The notes beneath the pieces were generated by a model. That model searched no databases, was not told the origin of the DNA, and was given only the letters and a program-made list of their open reading frames with translations. A program made the translations under genes and the position numbers. Positions 45,101 through 54,200 of a stretch of 64,000 bases of DNA are shown piece after piece; positions within the stretch are counted from its first letter, which is position 1; every line of letters starts with the position of its first letter. This DNA comes from Phoronis australis (taxonomy: Eukaryota; Animalia; Phoronida): positions 118,469 to 182,468 of the forward strand of contig NMRA01000057.1 in NCBI GenBank assembly GCA_002633005.1, written 5' to 3'.

Positions 45101-47007
45101 NNNNNNNNNNNNNNNNNNNNNNNNNNNNNNNNNNNNNNNNNNNNNNNNNNNNNNNNNNNNNNNNNNNNNNNNNNNNNNNNNNNNNNNNNNNNNNNNNNNN
45201 NNNNNNNNNNNNNNNNNNNNNNNNNNNNNNNNNNNNNNNNNNNNNNNNNNNNNNNNNNNNNNNCCCTCCTTCCCACCGCTAACATTGTTGTTTCGGTCAC
45301 TGGCTTGTTTGGATCTAATGCTCTGTCGTTGTTTTAGAATTTGAATGCCATGCGTACATACAAGACAAAATGAGGCGTGATTGCAACCTTTTCCATGCGC
45401 ACGTTGGCTCGCGTTAAGCAATTTCAGTGCGTCAACGAAACTTTTTATGCCCCATTGACTCGGACTGCGCTCTTAAAGATATCACTGCAGGATAAAGTCT
45501 TCCTTTGAAAGTAGGCCTACAGTTCAGTAATGAGAAATAATTCATAAACAATTGTTTTTGTTACGTGTCTCAATCACGCGAACCCGTGATCAAATCCTAT
45601 CGATAGTTCCGTGATAGTAGTACGACAGTATTCAATAATGAAATTAACAATGGGTCGCTAATCAGTTATTCATCACGTTACATCGCGTTCTTCGTTTCCC
45701 CTTTCATCTTTATGTTGAGACACTAAATGGGAAATTAACTCGGTATCGGATACATCTTTACAAGGTCAAAACCAATCGCTTATGAAGTTGTACGCGAAAC
45801 GTGATTAGCTTAATTAATATAAATTCAAGCGCACACGTGTTTCTTGAGAGATACATGTGTTTTGTAACAGCATAAAATAGCAAGATGACACGACTGGGTA
45901 CACGCCCTTGATAGCTGGCCAACAACAAAGTGAAGAAGATTCCTTTGAGAAAACTTTGGAATTTGATGTTTCAGTGTCATTGTCCTTGCTACCTTTTTAT
46001 CTAATATTACAGTATGGGATATCTTAAAGATAGCATTTCCTTTGCATTCACCAATTTCAAACACGGAATGAGTTTCGTCAGTTGAAAGACATCACTAACA
46101 CGTAAACATTTCGTAACTTTTAGTTTTCATTTTTCAGCTACCTTTTTTGTTCTTTGGTTTTACTCAAGTGTTTTTCTTTCAGGTGAATCTTTACATACAG
46201 GCATGCCCTTAAATACGCGCCCACAACGCCCACCATATGTGACGACATGCGACGTCAGCAATCTCATTGCAACGTTTATTTGAACTTGTGCTTGTATACC
46301 ACAAGTTTAGCAGGTGTGATTTAATTAGTTTTTAGGGGTTTGGAAAAGCTGGCCAAACATCCGCAAAGCAGCCGTTGTTTTAAGGTGTTCTCTAATTTAG
46401 ATTACTTAATTTGAAAAATGTAGACTTCTCGTGGGGGTTTTATTGTTTTATAGCGCTAAATAGTAACGAGTGATATGAAACTTTTTTTAAGATAATGAAT
46501 TGCAACGTGACGATTGCGGAATCACAATTTCAACAAGTCTACAAAGAAGAAAATGTCGGGACAATTATATAACCGCTTCATTGAAAACATTAATCTTTAA
46601 TTTTTCGTAACACCTAAGCTGTGTCAACCAAGCTAACAATAGATTAAAGTTTTACTGACGTCATTATTATAGTTGAGAAATTTGACAAGATAAAATTTTA
46701 CTCGTCCCCATATTGTATGCTAATTATGTGATAAATTGCAGTATAATGTGTACCTCTCATTAAAATGGCCATCAGCTCACATGGGTTCTCATGATATATA
46801 AAATCAATGTAACATTGTCATTACTTTTATACTTTACAACATTTTACAATGGTCTGAATCGGAAATTTGTGCGGTACCATAAATTTCCCTCGACCAATTG
46901 TGTGCTAAATTGACTTTAAAGTCACATTAAATCTTACTTACCATCAACAGAGCGGTTATCAGCGGAAAACATATCCTTCCTAGCATTGACAACAGATCCA
47001 TCACCAT
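16142..47007 (-). CDS. ADGRD1-like: Multi-exon adhesion GPCR gene model: SP, Ig, C-type lectin-like domain, S/T linker, GAIN/GPS, 7TM; 7TM is ADGRD/GPR133-like; about 960 aa
   Basis: Twenty exons joined by hand, each with AG acceptor and GT donor and matching phase at every junction. The chain gives an open frame of 2664 nt from ATG 47007 to 16651. GPS reads CTYWD...WSDFGC...CLCNHTTNFAVLV. 7TM motifs: [78 protein letters not shown]. The extreme N- and C-terminal exons are less certain. Orthology was not tested. Confidence 0.9.
16651..16885 (-). CDS. aGPCR exon, TM6-TM7-helix 8
   Basis: TTTGCAG|...GGG|GTGAGA, phase 2-0. Reads [20 protein letters not shown]...[23 protein letters not shown]. 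Confidence 0.95.
17414..17505 (-). CDS. aGPCR exon, TM5-ICL3 (ANTIILTMVIYIVVGAVTTNEEETKTKVQM)
   Basis: TTTCAG|...AA|GTAGGT, phase 0-2. Conserved TM5 Asn is present. Confidence 0.9.
17640..17930. repeat. Interspersed repeat, copy 1 of 3 (others ~42780-43110 inverted and ~63560-63990)
   Basis: Shared blocks cgagctacaaa.tcga, tttaatgctg..gtcatcaa.t.caaa, taggatta.acagtta and acttga.ca. Confidence 0.6.
18241..18307 (-). CDS. aGPCR exon, ECL2-TM5 (CWLSIESGQIWGFVGPAIAVII)
   Basis: TTTTAG|...|GTGAGT, 67 nt, phase 2-0. Canonical CWL and IWxFVGP motifs. Confidence 0.95.
18763..18983 (-). CDS. aGPCR exon, TM3-TM4
   Basis: TAG|...AC|GTAAGT, phase 0-2. Reads [27 protein letters not shown]...FGFPLIVV. 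Confidence 0.95.
20108..20314 (-). CDS. aGPCR exon, TM1-TM2
   Basis: TTTTCAG|...TGG|GTAAGC, phase 0-0. Reads ALLWITYVGCGLSILAL...LRSDRTAIHKFL. Confidence 0.95.
20975..21086 (-). CDS. aGPCR exon, GPS and tethered-agonist (Stachel) segment
   Basis: CCAG|...GAG|GTGAGT, phase 2-0. Reads SWSDFGCTSVVDNTTYSTCLCNHTTNFAVLVQVVPFE. Confidence 0.95.
21564..22550 (-). mobile_element. HINE (Helentron-associated) element, degenerate and truncated copy
   Basis: Starts acaagagcaacgaagagcattgagatgc, the same end as the 22739 copy. Contains diverged ~150-bp repeat units. Confidence 0.7.
22739..24703 (-). mobile_element. HINE/DINE-1-like non-autonomous Helentron with a central tandem array
   Basis: In minus orientation: TTTT, subTIR ATGCGCCCACA with an adjacent inverted copy (hairpin 24669-24698), (TCCG)n and (CCGGCGT)n microsatellite, more than three ~445-bp units, the complementary subTIR at ~22764-22774, stem-loop CAACGC-aaa-GCGTTG, and a CTTGTT end. 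Confidence 0.85.
23120..24560. repeat. Higher-order tandem repeat: ~445-451-bp unit made of three ~150-bp subunits
   Basis: aattgccactagggggcac-like unit starts at ~23121, 23565, 24010 and 24461. Each subunit has CCACTAGG.GGC followed by ccaa(a/t)tttca. Confidence 0.9.
24791..24876 (-). CDS. aGPCR exon, start of GPS (VQSPTQQCNQSKSCSLNKKKCTYWDSFQ)
   Basis: TTTTGTAG|...AAG|GTAATT, phase 0-2. C-x-Y-W-D GPS motif. Confidence 0.88.
25555..25700 (+). mobile_element. tRNA-derived SINE fragment
   Basis: B-box context GAGGTCGTGGGTTCGAGTCCC, followed by a CORE-like cccttgag...aaaatggttccagg segment. No A-box or cloverleaf, so it is not a tRNA gene. Confidence 0.55.
25947..26107 (-). CDS. aGPCR GAIN exon (D)EVWFVSVLV...SVLSDVLSFSVYVNTSKTSLPVLFTLQTDQ
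   Basis: TGCAG|...CAG|GTAACT, phase 1-0. Contains the V-x-S-x-V-x-S and P-V-x-F-T-L strands typical of GAIN-B. Confidence 0.85.
27867..27986 (-). CDS. aGPCR GAIN exon (V)MTVKMYQSENVTSIDLSGTTSDMSLQTITVNTTDIFNTS
   Basis: TTTCAG|...G|GTTTGT, phase 1-1. Several N-glycosylation sequons (NVT, NTT, NTS). Confidence 0.75.
28523..28625 (-). CDS. aGPCR GAIN exon AANKHEIVDSVNEIGMLLGSRSNQSFLSVSSGNM
   Basis: CTTTCAG|...G|GTGAGT, phase 0-1. Resembles the last GAIN-A helix and first strand. Confidence 0.8.
28791..28838 (-). CDS. aGPCR exon KVVSIGNKFVSGSFES
   Basis: TTACAG|...TCG|GTACGT, 48 nt, phase 0-0. Confidence 0.65.
28944..29389. mobile_element. Foldback MITE, 446 bp, MULE-like
   Basis: Inverted arms of about 200 bp (AGGTACCTAAACTACACGGT...ACCGTGTAGTTTAGGTACCT). 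Perfect 9-bp TSD TGTTTTTCA at 28935-28943 and 29390-29398. Confidence 0.9.
29862..30060 (-). CDS. aGPCR exon, helical region (probable GAIN subdomain A)
   Basis: TTGTTTTCAG|...AAA|GTAAGT, phase 2-0. Reads LTYYLHSQANANRDPVGSLNSLSSIYWNSSLEPDDEEVALAKQFFKKLNQELRRITLNDSASNIAK. Confidence 0.8.
30149..30201 (-). CDS. aGPCR small exon TIKSRSTDNLKQNFSDG(R)
   Basis: GAAG|...AAG|GTGAGT. Phase 0-2 bridges the neighbouring exons. The acceptor position is less certain than the donor. Confidence 0.6.
31020..32409. mobile_element. Non-autonomous TTAA DNA transposon, Kolobok-type, 1390 bp
   Basis: TIRs GATTATCTCCAACCTTGT and GGATATCTCCAACCTTAT. TTAA on both sides (31016-31019, 32410-32413). Purine-purine termini. 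Confidence 0.75.
33064..33209 (-). CDS. aGPCR exon, Ser/Thr/Pro-rich then Lys-rich linker
   Basis: TTTTATTGCAG|...TTG|GTACGA, phase 1-0. Reads STSVFTSPQIYPGTTYADSSGKSSSHTQTSPTPDGQQKKQKKNKLKGLL. Confidence 0.7.
33575..33748 (-). CDS. aGPCR exon, C-part of C-type lectin-like domain (QWVDTG...RCYYL...DCNVTRRGFICQ)
   Basis: AAAG|...|GTAAGT, phase 1-1. W-x-D, C...C and FIC motifs of the CTLD fold. Confidence 0.88.
34478..34619. mobile_element. ~140-bp MITE, copy A
   Basis: CGTTCAGTAA...TTACTGAACG termini. It is the reverse complement of the copy at 39207-39350. Confidence 0.7.
34719..34958 (-). CDS. aGPCR exon, N-part of C-type lectin-like domain
   Basis: TTTTTCAG|...AAAG|GTATCG, phase 1-1. The sequence SWMAASNFCRKANGELLSIQS...FWINL matches the CTLD pattern W-x2-A-x3-C-x4-G-x-L-x-S-I and a WIGL-like motif. 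Confidence 0.88.
35571..36070 (+). mobile_element. Penelope-like retroelement 3' fragment: GIY-YIG endonuclease C-terminus plus inverted pLTR
   Basis: ENVKIIDRKNNWFECDVEEAFWISAKTPSLNHCGGTRFILSKTW matches the PLE endonuclease tail pattern (IIDRE..WFER.VKEAI.I....PSLNR.GG). 35571-35665 is an inverted copy of 35858-35955. Confidence 0.8.
36917..37097 (-). CDS. aGPCR exon, C-half of Ig-like domain (...STLYLKYFQPQDLGTYRC...)
   Basis: AAG|...|GTAAGT, phase 0-1. Canonical Ig D-x-G-x-Y-x-C motif. Confidence 0.9.
37586..37707 (-). CDS. aGPCR exon, N-half of Ig-like domain (KADIKQSSVGDKYGEEVQIMCYVYGLAKPDNFTWQRRAFK)
   Basis: CAG|...|GTGAGT, phase 1-0. Ig B-strand Cys and C-strand Trp in the pattern C-x3-G-x3-P-x4-W. 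Confidence 0.85.
38484..38507 (-). CDS. Possible symmetric 24-nt microexon (R)KKLQELT(G)
   Basis: Acceptor TTGTTTTCGCAAG| and donor CAG|GTAAAT, phase 1-1. It is not needed to keep the frame. Confidence 0.3.
39207..39350. mobile_element. ~140-bp MITE, copy B, inverted relative to copy A
   Basis: gggcgtgagttcagtaacgctaggacc...gtcttgctttttagcgagatcctagcgttactgaacg. Confidence 0.7.
39373..40699 (+). mobile_element. PIF/Harbinger deletion derivative with a Myb/SANT-like ORF relic, 1327 bp
   Basis: TIR CAGCC..GATTTCATAAAGGTGGTTTAA at both ends. TSD TTA at 39370-39372 and 40700-40702. Internal fragments EK..L..LI..RKANVIENKK...KQQAWRDI resemble the Harbinger Myb/SANT protein. Confidence 0.8.
40207..40363. 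mobile_element. Small GGCGGATCCAG-type MITE nested in the Harbinger element
   Basis: ataggcggatccaggggg...cccc...aaattcttgatccccctg. Confidence 0.55.
40703..40790. repeat. (TG)n/(TGCG)n microsatellite
   Basis: Directly visible. Confidence 0.95.
41095..41125 (-). CDS. aGPCR small exon VYLIESSNGK, end of signal peptide
   Basis: Acceptor TTTTACTTTACAG| and donor |GTAAGT. At 31 nt it converts phase 0 to phase 1, exactly as needed to join the signal exon to the Ig exon. Confidence 0.6.
41908..42140. repeat. Compound microsatellite (TG)n-(CA)n-(CACG)n-(TA)n-(TTTA)n, adjoining a HINE end fragment at 41850-41907
   Basis: Directly visible. It is preceded by ggagatatagcagcggacgccgga, the same HINE segment seen at ~24577. 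Confidence 0.95.
43135..44507 (-). mobile_element. Diverged HINE copy of the 22739-24703 family, with a nested MITE
   Basis: One end reads aacaagag...gaaatgcgcccac. Internal gccactagtgggcac and ccaaatttcatg units, then gacgccggacgc...gacggagattacggc, and the other end gtgggagtataaaaa. Confidence 0.7.
43571..43894. mobile_element. CAGTGGCGGATCTAG-type MITE nested in the HINE
   Basis: Imperfect TIRs cagtggcggatcta and taaatccgactatg with G/C-run subtermini. No clear TSD. Confidence 0.5.
44599..45263. other. Assembly gap of 665 N flanked by (CCCT)n
   Basis: N run with cccct/ccct repeats on both sides. Confidence 0.99.
46942..47007 (-). CDS. aGPCR candidate first coding exon, signal peptide MVMDLLSMLGRICFPLITALLM
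   Basis: ATG at 47007, 22 hydrophobic codons, donor ATG|GTAAGT, phase 0. Confidence 0.65.
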
Positions 47008-48325
47008 GGACAACGGTGCTTAGTTAGAATCAAAGAAGATAATCAAGCTTGCTTTCCGAATCGAACTTTCTCGTCGCCCAAACTCCATCGTCTTTCACAC
47101 CTCTTACATTCCCTTTTAAACGCCTTCGACTTCGCGTTAGAAACGAGATCTCGAACTCCTTTGGTAGTTTCTTCAATTTATGTACTTCCAATTAACTTTC
47201 GTCACAATGTAACTGCGAATTGTGATGCTTCGGCGTCAGCTTCACGTTCGTAAGTAAGCGACTTCCGGGAAGTCAGGTGGTTTTTAAAAATGCATAATTG
47301 GAAGTGAACGTGAAAATATCGTCTTGCTTTGTGAAATCTGTATGACTTCCGACTAAAAGACAAGGGCATGCCCTGAGACGTTAATAAATAATTAAGATTT
47401 CCACGTTCGGGTCGTCTCTGTTTATATGAGAAAAAAACAGTCATCTACTGAGTCGTAAATCTTCGCTCGTGCTGTCTTTTGTCGATGTGCTTGAGTACTG
47501 AAAAACAATAATTGATGACTTTTTTATCAGATTTTAATATACATTCTAAATTGATGTACAGTTAGGGATTGTCATTTTGGAATTCCGCGTATACGCGATT
47601 TTACATTCACGATTTTTTCTAACCTTACCGTAATTGGCTACTTAAGTGCCCACAGAATGTTTTGAATACAGCTGTCGGTGCGCCTTGGACACGCATTGAT
47701 CAGTTAACATTTGTCATCTCAGTGAAAAACTGAGGTTGCAAATGCTAACCGTGTATGCAGTGTGTACTTTTTGCTTTGGTTGAACGTTTCAATGTAATAT
47801 ATAGTGTGTCATATTTTTTCAATTTTCTAGAAAAAAATAAATCTTATATCTCAATATAGTCCAATCGGGAACTCGAAATTCACTGGTTGTCGCAAGTGAA
47901 GCAAAGGACCTTCAAACTGAGATGACAGCATTCAGGTAAGTCACGTTGGTTACACGAACGCCCTTATTGCTGACGAAATTCTTCCTGTTCTCAGTTAGTC
48001 CAGAAGTCAAAAGAGCACCCTTTATTTATGAGGACACCCTAGACACGTTCCATGCCTGAAAGTATGTATAAAGACAGCCTGCTAGTGAATTACCGAGTCA
48101 CCCATTTCCACTTCACGGAACATTAACAGCTTATGTCCGATTAATCACTTGTGGCATCTTTTTATGGAACGGACAGCTCAACCCTGAATCCGCGTATATT
48201 TTTTTTTAGAATGTCCACAAGCACCGATGGTCCAGGACAATATTTCACAGTATTACGGCACATGCAGTCAATTGCTAAACATTTGTTATACTAATGTTTA
48301 TTTAAAGTTGCATAGCTGGCTAAAA

Positions 48326-48515
48326 TAACGAGAGCAACGCGGAGCGTTGAAATGGGCCCACGAATGTACCGCAAACGGTGTGCTTCTAGAGGTATTTATT
48401 TGTATATACAAATGGCCACTAGATGGCGCAAAATACGAAATCGGTTACGTGGCATCGTCTCTTTTAATAGAAAGCTATTTAACAAATTTCATACAAATCT
48501 GTCAAGGAAATTCAG
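48326..48515 (-). mobile_element. HINE 3'-end fragment
   Basis: aacgagagcaacgcggagcgttgaaatgggcccac (stem-loop plus subTIR), followed by one repeat subunit containing CCACTAGATGGCGC. Confidence 0.7.
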
Positions 48516-50949
48516 TTTAAAGTAATAAAGTTGCAGCAGGTGCAAACATAACATCTGGTACAAAACTGTCAATTATATAACACTTCTGTCTAGGTTTTAT
48601 ATTGCTAAATATATCGTTTGCAACTCAGGCACCTATCCTCGGTAACTATAATGTTAACTTGTTTTTATTTAACTATTTTCAAAAAATGTTACAAGATCAG
48701 TGCACAATTCGGTTGTTTTCATCTTTGTTATCTGTTTTCAAGTAATAAATCGTTACATATAATACTGTTTTTAACTAGTGTAAACCTGTAGCATAACGCG
48801 CAAGTACACATATTATAGGTGGTGATCCGCCACTTGAATAGTCTGGGTGAGGTATTTTAAAATCTACCGAAAAATAAAGAAACTAAGAATTCGAAGCGTA
48901 CCTCGAGTGGTGTAGATGAAATGTGATCCCACTCGACCTTATTCCGCGTATTGACCTCGACGTTCGGTCACGGTCGATACGCGCAATGTTGTCTCGTGGG
49001 ATATTATTTCATCTACTGTACGCTACTCTCGGTGCGTTTTGTGCATATAAGCATGTGTCATGAAAAAGGTTTTTATAAAATAATAATTTGCAGCATATTT
49101 TTGTTTTCAAATTGTCTAGTACTATACAAAATTTTCCGAAATTCAATCGAGTAACGCTGAATTGTGTAAGATCCATTACAAATATATTAGACTACGCTTA
49201 CCTAACTCAGGTTGGAATATCACTTGAGGGGACTTTATCGGAAAGAATAACTATTTTCTTACACCAACCTCATCACGGAATCTAACATATAACTCCCACT
49301 GTCGCAGCCTAATACTCTGCTGGCATAACTAAATCTTACTGGATAAGTGGATTTTGTTATTTGCTGTCCTGTCTCCACTTCAGCGGCGAGAATTAACGAT
49401 TTGTATTGAAATTTCAAAAACACGACGGATTTTATTTCTTTGTGGCTCTGGTCAAAGATAATGATTTCGAAAAGTCCATCTCATCCAACAATACTCCAAA
49501 AAATGCAATTTCCACGTTAAATCAAGACCTAAAGTCTAGATTGTGTATAACTCGCACACGTGCTTGAACACAAATAAATGACAGTCCTCACGAATCAAGT
49601 CATAATAACACTACAACGCAAAATCTAAAATTAATTTACGAACTAATCTATGACCGGTCCTGAATTTGCCACATCCAAACACGTTAAAGAGATAACAACA
49701 AAATGTTAATCACACTACAGGAACGTCATTTACGACGATTTGAAAGAAAAGCTATAAATATTAATTTCGTATAAATCAGAACGAACATGACGATACTAGG
49801 TGCGAGTGAGCTATTTCATTAAAACTGACTCATTCGAACTTGAGGTTCGTGCAACTAAACGGGAGACAAGCACAACGTCGATTAAAGTCTTATCAATTTA
49901 ACAATTAAATTTAACGACCAATTCAAGCCCATAAACGGGAAATATGATGGTCAACACAGCGTGAGATCTAGTGAAATGGAATTCATTTTTTAAAGTTTGA
50001 TTAACAGTGACAAATGTAGGCCAGGGGTGGGCAACCTACATGCACAGCCAGCATGCGGATCACCTACGCGAACCGCGATCACATATTGTCAAGCATTATG
50101 CAGAAACAGACTGGTCATATAAACAACAGGCAATGCCCGTTGTCCAACCTCGTCCTGTTGGCTCCCTTCCTCTCTGGGGCGTGTTCTGTGATATATTTAT
50201 CGTGTGGACGATTACAGAAAGTTAAAGGGGCATTAGGTTGCTATTTGTTGCTAATGTTGACTTCCGGATCTGAACCAAAGCGCACTGGGGCTTAAAGGTA
50301 TTACCACAATCATCCAATCCTAAATTGTTGCCGAATGAGCCAGAAACTCAAGACACAGGCAATGTGTACATGTCTCATTTTCGAAAGCCCACTTTTAGGG
50401 TCTGCCAAACCCAAAAAAACTTTCTCTTCTGTCGCTTGTTTTTCGATGTTATCTTTGGTACACGTAACGAAAATCAAGTCCTGTCGTGAAAAAGAATATA
50501 TAAGTAGGTATTTGGCCTAGAAAAAGAACTCTATTTTGAATACATTTTGGCAAGTATTATCATATTGTCATGAAACATGAATTAATTATTTGACTAAACA
50601 CTGCTTGGCGGTCTTCTTTTGGAGCATTTTGCACAATAAATCCTTCTCGTGACATTACATTATAATTCCCACAAAAACGTGAAAGAATATATCAATGGCA
50701 CTCAGTTTTAATTTATCGCTGAAATTTTATTGTATTTTGCTACTTGACCATTACAAATCTGCAAAAAATGTGGGGGTCACCGAATTAGTTTTCCGCTACA
50801 GCCGTCTGGACTCAAGCTTCTTTAGCAAAAACGTGAAATTTACATGGGCTAATGAAGCGCCACCTCTTATTGAATTAAGGAGTGAAATCGTTTTGAAAAT
50901 GGATTAATTTAGGTTATACGATATCAGTATAATCATGTTTCTCGGTAGG

Positions 50950-51260
50950 TTTACTGATTTTCTTACGTCGACGTAAGCGAACGTTTATTTGGGTATAGAG
51001 TGCCTCAAAATTTGTTTTTTATACAAAAGGTCATTTTTCTTTGTCTTTGTATGAAAAATTAGGAGATCACAGACTTTGTTTTTGGAATATTTTAGCTCAA
51101 ATAGCGTCACATTAGACAGCGGAATTTACCATTCCGAAAATCGCGACGATTTCAAGACCACGATTACTCCTTTGCATTTCACACTAGATGGCGGTAACCT
51201 TATGTTCTTCGGATTGTAAAATAAATTAGTTTATGTGAACAATATAAAATAAGAAGATTC
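50950..51260. repeat. Interspersed repeat related to ~42500-42800
   Basis: Shared atttcaaga.cacgattac...cactag(g/a)tggc...ttatgtt...ggatt.t.aaat. Confidence 0.5.
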
Positions 51261-54200
51261 TTCATTAATAAATTCAAAATAATTATTTGTATTTATTTAA
51301 TCCAATATTTACAATTGGTTTGCCTATTGTTTACAATGACATCACTATGCCGAGCGCTTTCATTAAATGCCACAAATAACAAAAACTCAACCCAAAATTT
51401 ACATTTTAAATATAATAACGTGTTGTTTAAAAAAATATATATTCAATAGCTTCATAAGCTAATCAATGTCGCAAGGCAACGAATGTTTTACGGCTTTCTG
51501 GCAAATTGTGTCGAGCTCCCTTAACAAGGCTTATGCAAAGAGATTGAAAAATGAAACGTGAACAGGAAGCTTTTGTAACTGTCTGTTCATGTGCTAAATG
51601 AAGAAGACAAAACGTTTCGAGGAACACAAATCGCCCAAAAAATCAACCTTTGGTTTTTTTCTAGTAACATTTCTGACTTTTGGGTAAAGACAAAGCCAAT
51701 ATTTTCTCGGAGAAACAGGCCTTTGGAGATGTTTGTTCAAAAGCACACACCCAGATAACCCCTTGGTTTCGTTGCATTCAGTTTCACTCTACGCCAGAAA
51801 AACCGTTGTTTTAATGTCACCAGTACTTCACAAACGATTGATCCCGCGGTCTTATGTGAATTGACATAAATGTCAGTCACTAGCTGGTGATGTCGCCGTA
51901 GTCGTACCTCAGGGGTGTTTTTTAAAAACAGCTCTTTCCCTAAATTCCCTCCAGAATCTTTTTACCGAGATAATTGGGGAACATTTGATTGAAGCTGAAA
52001 ATTACTTTTATAATGTTCAATGAATACTGGGTTGAGCTCTATAGATGCAAGAATCTCGCGAAGGAAGCTAGTACACGTGATCACGAGCTTCGCTTGTACT
52101 GCTTGGCGATAACTCGCATTATATTATTTATGTTGCGTTTTCACGCTTCGCAATTCACATCAACAGTACCTTGAGAAGTAAAAACTGTAGAGCTCGTTTC
52201 GAATTTATGCATGTGTAAAGAGGTTTTGACATTCCAACGTTTCTGTGATTAGAACTTTCCACGACGAAAAACCCATTCCGATTCTTTTAACTTCCCTCGA
52301 CCATCCAAAAGGTTCATTTTCCAACCGCAAATGATGCACTCAGTTTTTACAACATGGTATCTCACCTTGTACTGTTTCGGACTTGAAGGGCTGATGAAAT
52401 TCAACAGGCTTAACATCCTTACAAAATGGTTAGACTTATGGAATTATATAAAGGGCGTTTTTAGAGCAAACCCATATGAAAGGGTAACATTCTCATACAG
52501 GCTCCCTACAAATGGGCCCTCTTTTTCGATTTTAATCTTCTTTCTTAATGGGCGGATATACGAATTTTCGAGCCACACCCTCGCCAACTCCCCTGCCCGC
52601 CGTCCGGGACAATAGTTTGCTATCTCAGGATGGCATTCGAACGTGCGATTATCTACAGCGAGGGCCCTGGATTGTATATTTCTATCAACTAGACCTAGCA
52701 ATAAAGGTGATTCCATAACCCGACGGATATACATGTACGAACCCGGTGGGTTGTGAGTCGTGTAAATGGATCACTAAGTGAAATCAGGACGTAAACGTAT
52801 TTGTGTTATTCGATTACATTTCACTTGCAAGAACACACCACAAGTCTAAATGTTTTTGCCGTACACTTAAGTGACTTTTCGTCTTCTAAATGCTAACGTA
52901 CACGAGCACACGATACGATATTTTGTCTCCGACAATGACGCCGATAAAAAATCGTAAGGCGCCTCCCAATAAAACATCGTATCGTCTACTTATTCGTAAG
53001 CGGACATTTCAACGTAGATCTCAAAGTGCCAATAGTTCGGGATAGGCCCACTCTTTTTTATTTACATAAATACATACATACGTTACATTAATGCATGCAT
53101 GCATGCATGCATTTTATATTTATTTATGTAAGTTGTCACTAACACAATTGAGTGTTGTTGAAGGCAACATTGGCTTTTGTCGACTTATGTCCCTTCGCAG
53201 CGCCCACAAGTGGCTGTAGAGGCTGAGCCAAGGCATTGTGGATAAGGTACTGATGTCATACTCAGAGTCGTCACATAATTTCGGAACAACACAATGCACA
53301 AGAGCGCACTTACAGATGAACACGTAGGTTGCACTTGATTGACTTCGCCGGTTCCTCATTACAGACCAATCAGATGTTTTGTCGGGTTGGCCCGGTGAAC
53401 GGCGAAGTCAGTCAAAGGCGATTATTTTTTATATTCATTGCTGCATTTTCGGTCGGACACTTTTGTCATCACCAGAAGAGAAGTTTAAAACAACCGGCGC
53501 GATTGACCAAACAAGCAATCTTTCTAGCAGTGGAACTTCCGGGTGGTTAAATATGGAGGAGTCGGTTTTTAAAATCATTGCCCACAAGATCACGAAATGA
53601 TCAGACACAACGAGATCTACATTGTGCAACAAATAATAAAGTTCAACCAGGAAGATAAATTTAGCTAGACGAAAAGAATCGTGATGTGGAAATCGCTCGA
53701 ACAACTTAATCGTTAAATTGACATTGTGTCTATGTCTGGATACTGTTGCTGTGTATTGCCAAAACTTAAATATGCCCGTATGAAATACATTGAAGGAAAA
53801 ATAGTATAAAATCCTATAGCCTTGATTACCTTCCAGTTTCTTTGGTTTGAGGCCGGACGGCATCAATATGCTGGGCCATAGTTTTTGGTATTCACGACAC
53901 TTCAATGATGATATCGGACAACGAGAAATCTTCTGTGTATTATAATTTGTAAAATAAACTCTGGGGTGCGTTCAGCAAAATAAAGTACGGTCTGGACACC
54001 ATTTACAGCAGAAACACATTGGTATTTGGAGTGAAACTACATGTAGCTACAGCTGTATGCCTTCCAAAGTATTTCAAATAGATATCTGGATTGTTTGGGT
54101 GTACTAACATCTGCATAGTGGCATTTGGCGCCCATCGAGAAGTTCGCCAATTAATCTATCAATTGTTTTTAAGAACAATAACGACATCATCATAGTTGGT

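Noticed and set aside
44408-45421. Long ORFs of 241-337 aa
   Set aside because: Artefacts of translating the N gap.
47860-47941. Plus-strand exon ending CAG|GTAAGT, suggesting a divergent gene
   Set aside because: No partner exons or recognisable product could be found.
53435-53905. 156-aa minus-strand ORF
   Set aside because: No recognisable motif and no supported splice structure.
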